A DNA stretch of 50,033 bases from Gemmatimonadales bacterium (GTDB lineage: Bacteria > Gemmatimonadota > Gemmatimonadetes > Gemmatimonadales > GWC2-71-9): contig JBBQJU010000001.1 of NCBI GenBank assembly GCA_038326215.1, positions 1-50,033 of the forward strand. The letters are read 5' to 3'. A program made the translations under genes and the position numbers. Below are positions 28,944 to 36,398 of this stretch, piece after piece. The notes beneath the pieces are model-generated. The model was given only the letters and a program-made list of their open reading frames with translations. It had not been told where the DNA came from and did no database searches. The number at the start of each line of letters is the position of its first letter. Position 1 is the first letter of the stretch.

Positions 28944-30536
28944 ATGTCGCTTGTCCGCACGCCACCCGCGCCAGCGCTGCACGCGCTGGGCCCGACTGCT
29001 CGCGACCTTGCCTGCATCGTCGCCATCGTCGGCCTGACGCTCGTCGGATGCGGAGTCGAGGCCCCGCCGACGGCGACGGTGATCGGTCCGACGCCCGGTG
29101 GCCTCTCAATGCGGCCGTGCATGCACCGCGACACCATACCGGCCGAGTGCGGCACGCTGACGGTTCCTGAGCGGCGGGATGTCGCAGGCTCGCGGCTGAT
29201 TGCCATTCCCGTGATCCGCATCCCCGCGCTCGGTGCCACACCCGGCCTGCCGATTTTCTTTCTCAACGGCGGCCCAGGAGGTACCAATCAGCGGACGCGT
29301 CCGCCTGTGTGGAGCCGCCAGAACCATGACTTCGTCCTGGTCGGGTTCCGTGGGGTCGACGGCAGCGAACGCCTCGCGTGCCCTGAGTTTGAGCAGTCGC
29401 TGGCCACCTCGATCCGCGACCTGTTGAGCGCGCGGGCGATCGCCGACCGGCGCGCGGCCACCGATCGCTGCGCACGTCGGCTCGCGGCCAATGGCATCGA
29501 CCTCGCCGGCTATACCATGCACGAGGTGGTGGATGACGTCGATGCCGCGCGCACGGCACTTGGGGTCGATCGACTCCTGCTGTACAGCGAGAGCTACGGC
29601 ACCCGACTCGCGCAGATTTACGCGCATCGGCACCGCAAGCATGTGGAGCGTTCCGTGATGGTCGGCGTCAATCCACCCGGCAGGTTCATCTGGGAGGCCG
29701 CGCAACTGGACACGGTACTGCTCGCCTACGGCCGGCTCTGTAGACAGGACACCGCGTGCCGCGCAAGGACCCCGGATCTTGCCGCCGCCGTGTCGCGCGT
29801 GGTGCACGACATGCCGACGCGCTGGGGGCCGTTTCCGATCCATCGCGGCGTGGTGCTGCTGGCCGCCTTCCAACTGCTCTTCAGCCAGCAGAGCGCGGCG
29901 CTCGCCCTCGACGCATTCATCGACGCGGATCACGGGGATGCCAGTGGATTGGCTGCGCTGTCACTGGTCGCGGGCTATCAGCTCACCCGGTTCGACCTGG
30001 TCTTTGGTGACATGTTCGCCAAGGGCAGTGCGGACTTTGACAGTGTGCGGGGGACCCCCGATGCTTTCGATCCGCCAGGCTCCATCATGGGATCGCCCAT
30101 GTCCTCCGTCTTCTGGACTGCGGTCACCGCTTCCGGCGGATGGCCGATCGTGCGCCCGGCGGACCATGCCCTGGTGACACCCCCCTCGGACGTCGAAACA
30201 CTGCTGATCGGCGGCACACTCGACGTCTCCACACCGGCGGTGTACGCCAGGCAGGAGCTGCTGCCACAGCTCTCGCGCGGGCACCAGGTCATCTTTCGCA
30301 ACGCCGGCCATAACGACTTGTGGGAATTTCAAGGGAACGCGTACGCACAGCTGGTGGGCGGGTTCTTTGACGTCGGTGCAATAGACACCACCGGCTTCTC
30401 GACGCGGCCCATCACGTTGCATGGCACCTGGACCCTCGCCCTGCTCGCCAGGCTTTTCGTCGCCGGGATCATGCTCGCGCTGGCGACCCTGTGCTTCGCC
30501 GGTCGAAAGGTGGTCCGTCGTCTGCGTCGGTCATAG
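28944..30536 (+). CDS. Alpha/beta hydrolase (tripeptidyl-aminopeptidase-like S33), lipoprotein with C-terminal TM anchor
   Basis: ORF 28821..30536(+), start at ATG 28944 (MSLVRT...IVGLTLVGC). LNGGPGGT motif and the YSESYGT nucleophile elbow. C-terminal hydrophobic LALLARLFVAGIMLALATLCFA. Confidence 0.75.
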   Translation: MSLVRTPPAPALHALGPTARDLACIVAIVGLTLVGCGVEAPPTATVIGPTPGGLSMRPCMHRDTIPAECGTLTVPERRDVAGSRLIAIPVIRIPALGATPGLPIFFLNGGPGGTNQRTRPPVWSRQNHDFVLVGFRGVDGSERLACPEFEQSLATSIRDLLSARAIADRRAATDRCARRLAANGIDLAGYTMHEVVDDVDAARTALGVDRLLLYSESYGTRLAQIYAHRHRKHVERSVMVGVNPPGRFIWEAAQLDTVLLAYGRLCRQDTACRARTPDLAAAVSRVVHDMPTRWGPFPIHRGVVLLAAFQLLFSQQSAALALDAFIDADHGDASGLAALSLVAGYQLTRFDLVFGDMFAKGSADFDSVRGTPDAFDPPGSIMGSPMSSVFWTAVTASGGWPIVRPADHALVTPPSDVETLLIGGTLDVSTPAVYARQELLPQLSRGHQVIFRNAGHNDLWEFQGNAYAQLVGGFFDVGAIDTTGFSTRPITLHGTWTLALLARLFVAGIMLALATLCFAGRKVVRRLRRS

Positions 30537-30554
30537 CCGCCGCGACTGAGCTGC

Positions 30555-31178
30555 TTATGGCGCTCTGGTGCCGTAGAGCAAGCGCACCGAGTCCGCGAGC
30601 ACGCGTTGGAGCGCCGCGAGCCCGACGCCGGACACCGACAGCTTGCCCTCGGTCAGCCGGCCGTCGATGGCCAGGAGCGTGAAGCCATGCACAAGCGCCC
30701 ACTGGGCTAAGGCTCGCGGGTGAATCTCACCATGCGGCAACAGCCCATCATTGGCCGCGCGTGTCACCGCTTCGATCACCGGCGCCTCAGCCGCATCAGC
30801 CGCGGCGCGAAGTGCTGGAAAGCCGGGCGAGCGCGCAAACTCGGGCGCGAAGGCCAGCCGGAGGCGGCCGGGATCCGAGACACCAAAGCGGAAGTAGGCC
30901 GCCCCAAGGCGGACGATCCCGTCCATCGGCGTGCTCGACTTCGCGAGCGCCGCCCGCTGCGATCGACCAAGTGCCAGCAACGCCTCGGTACTCAGCTCCG
31001 CCAGCAGCGCCTCGCGATCGGCGAAGTGATTGTAGAGGGCGGGATGCGACACTCCCACCTCCCGCGCCAGCGCCCGCAAGCTCAGGCCTGCCGTGCCTTC
31101 CCTCGACACCGTGGTGCGTGCGGCCTCAAGCACCACGTCGCGCAGGTTGCCATGATGGTATGGGCGTTGGACGGTCAT
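30555..31178 (-). CDS. TetR-family transcriptional regulator
   Basis: ORF 30555..31340(-), start at ATG 31178 (MTVQRPYHHGNLRDVVLEAARTTVSREGTAGLSLRALAREVGVSHPALYNHF). Third-position GC of this frame collapses upstream of 31178 (8/20 in 31321-31380). Confidence 0.85.
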   Translation of the reverse strand: MTVQRPYHHGNLRDVVLEAARTTVSREGTAGLSLRALAREVGVSHPALYNHFADREALLAELSTEALLALGRSQRAALAKSSTPMDGIVRLGAAYFRFGVSDPGRLRLAFAPEFARSPGFPALRAAADAAEAPVIEAVTRAANDGLLPHGEIHPRALAQWALVHGFTLLAIDGRLTEGKLSVSGVGLAALQRVLADSVRLLYGTRAP

Positions 31179-31347
31179 TGGCCTGAGTGTAACCTGCGGA
31201 TCGATGGTCGCCAACAGCTGCCGGGCCAGTTGGCTCGGTCGAGGCCCGCCGTGCGGCCCTCCCTCTCGAAACGCGCCGCCACCATCCACCTCATGGTCAC
31301 CACGTTCTCGCATCGAAGATCTCGGAGTGGCTCCCTGCACTTCCGCT

Positions 31348-32673
31348 TCAAGAGCTGCTCTTCCTGCAGGGATGTGTCACACAAGTAGCTGTTCTGGAAG
31401 GCCATAGCCGATCTCGACACGCAGACGATCGACTCTGTCGCCCGCGACACCACCCGATGGACAGCCGCCCCGGACGCCGCGCGGACGGAGGCGATCGGGG
31501 GGGCGTTTCGGAGGTTCGGGTAGGGGAAGACTTCTTCGTTGGCCGCGGCGCCTGTTCTAGCGGAACCCAGTTGCAGGACTTTGGCAGCAGCGGATAGTAG
31601 GTCGCCACGAGCCTGACGCGCTCGGCGGCGTCGAGTTCCTGCGTGAGCAGGACAAGGGTGTCGGCCTTGATCGCGAATCGCGGGATGGCGACACCACGAT
31701 GCGGCACGATCCGGTCGACGCATGCCCGATGGTTTCGGATGTCTAGGAGCGTGCTCATCACGGTGCCGTTGAGCGTCTTGCCCTCTATGACTGCGTCTAC
31801 CGTGCCGAGGGCCAAGGTCCCGTCGCTGAGCAGCGCCAGGGATCGATCAAGACTGAAGATGCGCTCCCCCCAGAAATCCTGAGCAAACCGCGGATCCATC
31901 CAGTTGGTGGGGTCGAGCGCGTAGTCGATCATCTCCCGAGGAACGCCGTGACGAATGGAGCGCGGAACCTCCCAGCGATTGAGAATCTCGCCGCTGCGCG
32001 TCCGCTGCTCGAGGAGATCGCGCGTGCCAAACTTGGAGTAGACCAGGGAATCCTGAAGCACAACCACCTGGCTCGCGAGGAGTCCGAGCGGAGACAGTCT
32101 GTTGCCGGACAAGAGATCCGCGGCTGGGCCGGGCCACACGGCGACGGCCGAAGACTCGGCAATCACCCACCTCACCAAACTCCCCACACCTATCGTATAA
32201 CCGAGCTGAGCGCCACGCACTGGCGCGAGAGTCCCGAACCAGACGGTATCGTGGACGATCGTGTTCCCGTCGGCAACGGCTCCTGGAAATCGGACGATCC
32301 GCACCTCCCTCCCCGAAGGAACTCGAAGAATTTTCAGCTGGGCGGTACGGCGGTCCTCCACGGCGATGGTCGAGTCGTCGACCACGACAACTGCCCCCGG
32401 CGCCCTGAACTCCCCTGGTCCGGACCCCAGACGCCCGACCGCCCATTCCAGGGTGCCCGTGGGGCCAAACTGGAGGACACGGGCGCTCCCGTCGTCCGTC
32501 ACGATGTGCTGTCCTTTCGCCGTGACATAGAACCGAAACGGGCGGCCGACGAAGAGACTCTCGGATTCCTGCAGGACGACGCGGCGCGCCGGAGTCAGCG
32601 AATCAACCGTGCCCGCCGTCTGCACGGTCGGCGTGCCACAGGCGATGACCGCCGCGAGCAGCGCCAGGGCCAT
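31348..32673 (-). CDS. Six-bladed beta-propeller lipoprotein (TolB/NHL-like); last ~65 codons doubtful
   Basis: ORF 31348..32673(-). Lipoprotein signal MALALLAAVIAC. Repetitive beta-rich body. Third-position GC is 17/20 in 31561-31680 but 6/20 in 31381-31440, so the Arg/Ser/Pro tail (APRPTKKSSPTRTSETPPRS...) looks like read-through of non-coding DNA or a frame problem. Confidence 0.6.
   Translation of the reverse strand: MALALLAAVIACGTPTVQTAGTVDSLTPARRVVLQESESLFVGRPFRFYVTAKGQHIVTDDGSARVLQFGPTGTLEWAVGRLGSGPGEFRAPGAVVVVDDSTIAVEDRRTAQLKILRVPSGREVRIVRFPGAVADGNTIVHDTVWFGTLAPVRGAQLGYTIGVGSLVRWVIAESSAVAVWPGPAADLLSGNRLSPLGLLASQVVVLQDSLVYSKFGTRDLLEQRTRSGEILNRWEVPRSIRHGVPREMIDYALDPTNWMDPRFAQDFWGERIFSLDRSLALLSDGTLALGTVDAVIEGKTLNGTVMSTLLDIRNHRACVDRIVPHRGVAIPRFAIKADTLVLLTQELDAAERVRLVATYYPLLPKSCNWVPLEQAPRPTKKSSPTRTSETPPRSPPSARRPGRLSIGWCRGRQSRSSACRDRLWPSRTATCVTHPCRKSSS
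31389..31523 (+). pseudogene. Possible startless coding remnant (44 codons) preceded by in-frame TAG
   Basis: My translation reads LFWKAIADLDTQTIDSVARDTTRWTAAPDAARTEAIGGAFRRFG*. For 31381-31440 the codon-position GC in this frame is about 50/30/85% (positions 1/2/3), which is coding-like. There is no ATG/GTG/TTG in frame after the TAG at 31386. Low confidence. Confidence 0.25.
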
Positions 32674-33049
32674 CCAGGTGGCAAGCGCTCTGGCTGCCCT
32701 GCGAGCCGTCTCAGGTCCGTTGAGGATGGTCGCTTCTCCGGGTTGAAGGAGGCCGGCCAGTGAGGGACGCCGGGAGCGATGACCGGCTGCTTCGCCACGA
32801 AGCCGGGATGCCTCAGTCTACCACACCCTGTGCCAAAACCATCCACCATCCCCAGCGACCAACTCCCGGGCACCGGTTTCTGGTCATCGAATGTCTCGGC
32901 GCCGCGCACTAGTCTTCCACCATGACCACCGCGTTCGACTGCGCGTCACCCGATCCGCTGGCTGAGCACCGCGTCTTCGAGCTGGGAGCGCTTCGTCACA
33001 ATGCCGAGTGCGGGGTGGTTGCCGAGGCAACCCTGTGTCGACGCGCCGG

Positions 33050-33698
33050 GCGGTGTGCACTCACCCGTCGAACAACAACTCCATCCGCACGACGACATCC
33101 GGATCCATCTTGAGCATGCCGAACGCCTTGCTGAGTCCGCCGATGCCGAAATCGGTCAAGCGCAACGGGGTGTATCCATGAAAACGGATGCCCGCCGCCT
33201 CGACCCGGATCCAGCCACGCACCGCGGACTCGCGCACTACGCCGTGGATGGTGAAGCGACCACGGAGGGTCACGGCCACGGAATCGTGATCGACCGCACC
33301 CGGGGCGACAGCATCAAGGTCGAATCGTATCGTCGGGAAGCGCTCCACCTCCAACGACTTCCACATGTCGCGATCGCGTCGACCATTGCCGGTGACCAGC
33401 GTCTTGGCATCGCTCTCGATCCAGCCGCGCACCTCATCCATGGTGGCCGCACCGATGAGCGCACCACGCAGCTGCGACGTGCGCCCCACAAAGGCGCCGA
33501 GCGAGCCGCGACCCTCGAAGCGAAGTTCGCCATGCACTGCCCCATGACTGGCGATAGTCTGCGCCGCCACCGCCTGCGGCATCATCGCGCAGACGAGGGA
33601 CAGCATGCGCAGCGTTGTTCGGATCTGCATTGCGACTCCTTGGCGGGCGGAACGCCCTGTGTCATCACCATACGCCGTGAGATGTCGAACAGATTGGA
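33050..33698. repeat. Segmental duplication, copy 2 (yceI gene plus 5' leader)
   Basis: Collinear with 21545-22193 in the same orientation, 11.5 kb away. Confidence 0.85.
33061..33630 (-). CDS. yceI: YceI-family periplasmic protein (copy 2)
   Basis: ORF 33061..33630(-). It differs from copy 1 at 6 positions only (A11S, P19Q, S25T, P62A, A->V near residue 154, M186L). Confidence 0.85.
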   Translation of the reverse strand: MQIRTTLRMLSLVCAMMPQAVAAQTIASHGAVHGELRFEGRGSLGAFVGRTSQLRGALIGAATMDEVRGWIESDAKTLVTGNGRRDRDMWKSLEVERFPTIRFDLDAVAPGAVDHDSVAVTLRGRFTIHGVVRESAVRGWIRVEAAGIRFHGYTPLRLTDFGIGGLSKAFGMLKMDPDVVVRMELLFDG

Positions 33699-33705
33699 AC
33701 GGGCC

Positions 33706-33732
33706 GCTCGCCGCGGAGTCCTGCGCTGGCGG
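33706..33732. other. 27-nt relic of the DUF2911 gene 3' coding region
   Basis: gctcgccgcggagtcctgcgctggcgg is identical to 22317-22343, which lies inside the DUF2911 CDS (encoding PASAGLRGEL). Here it is orphaned upstream of yceI copy 2. Confidence 0.8.
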
Positions 33733-33843
33733 AGCTGGACTGAACGCGTACCACCTCCTGACAGGATCGGGAAAACAACTGGGGCGACTAGCCGTAGATT
33801 TCGGTTACCTACTTCCGTGTCTGCCGCTCCCCAGAGGTCCTCG

Positions 33844-34761
33844 ATGACCGTTCGCGCCACCACTGCCTTGCTGCTCACCTGCGTCTCGGCCCCACTCCCC
33901 GCCCAGCAGCCCGCCCAGCAGCCCGCCCCCGAAGCGCTCGTAAAAGCCTTGATCACCGCCGACCGCGGCTTCTCCTCCATCGGCACCGCGCGTGGCTGCC
34001 GCGCGGCCCTCACGGAGATGCTCACGGCGGAGGTCACCATCCCCGCCCCCGGACGCGGCTTGATGCAGGGTCGCGACAGCGTCCTCGAACTCTACGCATC
34101 ACAACCTGGCTTCCCGACGGCAAGGTGCAGTTGGATTCCGATCCGCGGTGGTGTCTCCGCCGATGGCACGCAGGGCTTCACGTACGGCGTGATGACCCAG
34201 ACCAACGCCGACCGCACCACGCTGCCGTTCCGCTACCTCGCGTACTGGAGGAAGGGAGCGACGGGGTGGCGGGTCGCGGTCTACAAGCGGCTGCGTTCCC
34301 CCGCGCCGGCAGCCTCGACCACGATGCGCAGGGCCGCCATCCCGACCGCGTACATCGCCCCGCGCACCGACGCCGCGATGCAGCGCGTGATCGACGCCTC
34401 GCTCGTCGAAGCCGAGCGCGCCTTCTCGCGTGAAGCGCAGACGATGGGCCTCGGCCCCGCCTTCGTCAAACACGGCAGCGCCGATGCCATGAATCTGGGT
34501 TCGCAGGCCGACAGCACATTCACTTTTGGAGCCGAGGCGATTGGCCGGAAGATCGGTGATGGCGACACCACCAGGACGTCGCCGGTGTCCTGGGGTCCCG
34601 AGCGCGTGCTCGCCGCATCCAGTGGCGACCTCGGCGTCACCATGGGGATGATCTACCCGAACGCCCCCACCGCCGATGGCAGCACACCGCGCGGCTTCCC
34701 GTTCTTCACGGTGTGGCGGCGCGCCGGGCCGGGGCAACCGTGGCGGTATGTGGCGGAGTAG
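33844..34761 (+). CDS. Hypothetical secreted protein (possibly two NTF2/DUF4440-like halves)
   Basis: Only the last 305 codons of ORF 33001..34761(+) are real; the upstream part is antisense to yceI. ATG at 33844 gives the signal MTVRATTALLLTCVSAPLPA|QQ. The family call is tentative. Confidence 0.55.
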   Translation: MTVRATTALLLTCVSAPLPAQQPAQQPAPEALVKALITADRGFSSIGTARGCRAALTEMLTAEVTIPAPGRGLMQGRDSVLELYASQPGFPTARCSWIPIRGGVSADGTQGFTYGVMTQTNADRTTLPFRYLAYWRKGATGWRVAVYKRLRSPAPAASTTMRRAAIPTAYIAPRTDAAMQRVIDASLVEAERAFSREAQTMGLGPAFVKHGSADAMNLGSQADSTFTFGAEAIGRKIGDGDTTRTSPVSWGPERVLAASSGDLGVTMGMIYPNAPTADGSTPRGFPFFTVWRRAGPGQPWRYVAE

Positions 34762-34764
34762 GGG

Positions 34765-34980
34765 TCAGGCCGCGACGTCGACCATGACGGCGTAGGAGTG
34801 CGGTGCCGGCGCGTCGAGCCCAGCCTCGCGCATTCCTTCGAGATGGAACGCCATCGCGTCCCGCATCGCGCTCTCGACCTCGACACGCGTCGCGCCAGTT
34901 GCTACACAACCGGGGAGGTCCGGGGAGAAGGCGGAGTATCCCGTCGGCGTTTCCTCGACCACGATCAGAAGTCGCGTCAT
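34765..34980 (-). CDS. hicB: HicB-family antitoxin (short form)
   Basis: End of ORF 34765..35196(-): MTRLLIVVEETPTGYSAFSPDLPGCVATGATRVEVESAMRDAMAFHLEGMREAG. This is the HicB/UPF0150 RNase-H-like fold wording. ATGA overlap with the hicA stop. Confidence 0.8.
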   Translation of the reverse strand: MTRLLIVVEETPTGYSAFSPDLPGCVATGATRVEVESAMRDAMAFHLEGMREAGLDAPAPHSYAVMVDVAA

Positions 34981-35162
34981 TTCAGTCCCGCCTGTTTGAG
35001 AATGCTGTTCAGGGTGCCGGGAGCCAGATCGTCGTTCGGATGACCCGAGACGGTGACGAGTCCTGGCTCGGTCGGATGCATGAATTGTCGATGGCTGCCA
35101 CGGATTCTGGCAAGTCGCCAGCCGTGGTCGGCAAGCAGCCGCAGCACTGCCCTGACCTTCAT
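34977..35162 (-). CDS. hicA: HicA-family mRNA interferase toxin
   Basis: End of ORF 34977..35450(-): MKVRAVLRLLADHGWRLARIRGSHRQFMHP...VTVSGHPNDDLAPGTLNSILKQAGLK. Classic HicA (GSH..F.H; G.l..IlkqaGl). Confidence 0.85.
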   Translation of the reverse strand: MKVRAVLRLLADHGWRLARIRGSHRQFMHPTEPGLVTVSGHPNDDLAPGTLNSILKQAGLK

Positions 35163-35284
35163 CGGAACCGCCGGGGAGAGTGGCCAAAGCGGCCATTCTC
35201 CTTGGTCGGCCGTTAGACCCGGTACCGCGCCAACGCGGCTCGGTACCGGTTCACGCCAGGCGGCAGCTCCGTCGACCCCCAGCC

Positions 35285-36271
35285 TCAGGGCGCGCGCGGC
35301 CGCAGGAACGACACCCCTTCCATCTCGCGGGCCACCGCCGCCGGGATGGTGATGCGCAGGTACTGGAGGATCGACGGCGCAATGTCCACGATCGCCAGCG
35401 CTCCGCTGGTGAAGCGCGGCCCGAGCGCTGACTGATTGGTCGCGATCCACGTCGTCCGTTCACGAGCCGACTGACCGCCGTGACCCTTCCCCGTGGTGGG
35501 GTCGCGCCCGTGATCGGTGGTCACGACGATCATCCACTCCTCGCCCATCGCCTGCCGCTTTTTGACCGCCGCCCAGATCCGCCCAACCTGCGCATCGGCC
35601 TGCCGCACCGCGGCGGCTGACGCCTCGCTGTCGCCGTTGGCGTGGGCCGCGTCGTCAGTGTGCTGGAGATAGACCCAGGAGAGGTCCGGTCCCTTCGCCG
35701 CGATGTACGCCGCCGCGTCGGTGGCGACGCGTTCATCGATCGCCAGGATGTAGTGCGACGCCGGGTCATGCGGGAAGGCGAGGGTATCCCGTTCGAAGCC
35801 GTCCGCCGCGTGATCGAGCCGAAGATTGCCCGCGTCGGGGCGGCCTTCGCCGAGGAGCACCGTACGGTTGTCGAGCCAGGTGGAGAAGATCGCGGTCTGC
35901 CGGGCCGGATCGACCGACTCGACGATGCGGAAGATGTTCCAGTAGTTGTAGTTGGGCGACAGGTTGCTGTTCCCGCGGACGTTGTGCTTGTTGGCCCACG
36001 TCGCGGTCAGGAGGCTCATGTAGCCAGGTGCCGAAATGGTGGGCGTCTCGGTCGGCCCGCCCAACTCGCCACCCACATGGGCGCGGGCATAGCCGCCAGC
36101 CGCGGCGATCTCGTCGATGGCAGGCGTGGCCACCCGTTCAATCACATCGGCGGGAATGCCGTCGAGGATGATGAAGACGGCCTTGCGGGGTGCTGTCGCG
36201 CTCCGGCTGAACGGCAGACTGCAGGCCGAGACCAGGGAGAGGCCGAGGAAGACGGGAAGGAGTCTGCGCAT
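35285..36271 (-). CDS. Alkaline-phosphatase-superfamily type I phosphodiesterase / nucleotide pyrophosphatase, lipoprotein
   Basis: ORF 35285..36643(-), start at ATG 36271 (MRRLLPVFLGLSLVSAC). Metal and nucleophile motifs: FIILDGIP, TISAPGY, HTDDAAHANG, VVTTDHGRD, GHGG. Confidence 0.8.
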   Translation of the reverse strand: MRRLLPVFLGLSLVSACSLPFSRSATAPRKAVFIILDGIPADVIERVATPAIDEIAAAGGYARAHVGGELGGPTETPTISAPGYMSLLTATWANKHNVRGNSNLSPNYNYWNIFRIVESVDPARQTAIFSTWLDNRTVLLGEGRPDAGNLRLDHAADGFERDTLAFPHDPASHYILAIDERVATDAAAYIAAKGPDLSWVYLQHTDDAAHANGDSEASAAAVRQADAQVGRIWAAVKKRQAMGEEWMIVVTTDHGRDPTTGKGHGGQSARERTTWIATNQSALGPRFTSGALAIVDIAPSILQYLRITIPAAVAREMEGVSFLRPRAP

Positions 36272-36398
36272 AGGTGGTTGAGAGATAATGCCACTCGGCC
36301 CGACTGGCGACGACTCGACAGGGAACTTTCGGCGTGACCAGACAGTCCCACGTGAGGAAATGCGTCGAGACCCCACGGCAGGCATGCGAGAGCGACCA

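Noticed and set aside
31175-31723. The 182-aa minus-strand ORF ending in an ATGA overlap with the tetR start, which has high third-position GC (15-18/20 per 60 nt between 31201 and 31500).
   Set aside because: The translation (…RNAPPIASVRAASGAAVHRVVSRATESIVCVSRS…) looks like antisense noise. The same periodicity is explained by the plus-strand frame, which shows a more natural GC1>GC2 pattern in 31381-31440. It is reported instead as a possible decayed plus-strand remnant.
32674-33060. Structured RNA gene or tRNA in the 387-bp gene-free stretch, and in other gaps longer than 150 nt (11230-11412, 24159-24331, 24779-24969, 33631-33843).
   Set aside because: I found no T-loop (GGTTCGAATCC-like) or cloverleaf pairing, and no rRNA, tmRNA, RNase P or SRP signature strings. 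The 63-aa ORF 32922..33113(+) has no support.
33001-33843. N-terminal 280 codons of the 586-aa ORF 33001..34761(+).
   Set aside because: This part is the antisense of yceI copy 2; the same pseudo-sequence also heads ORF 21301..22833 opposite copy 1. A proper signal peptide starts at ATG 33844, so only 33844..34761 is called.
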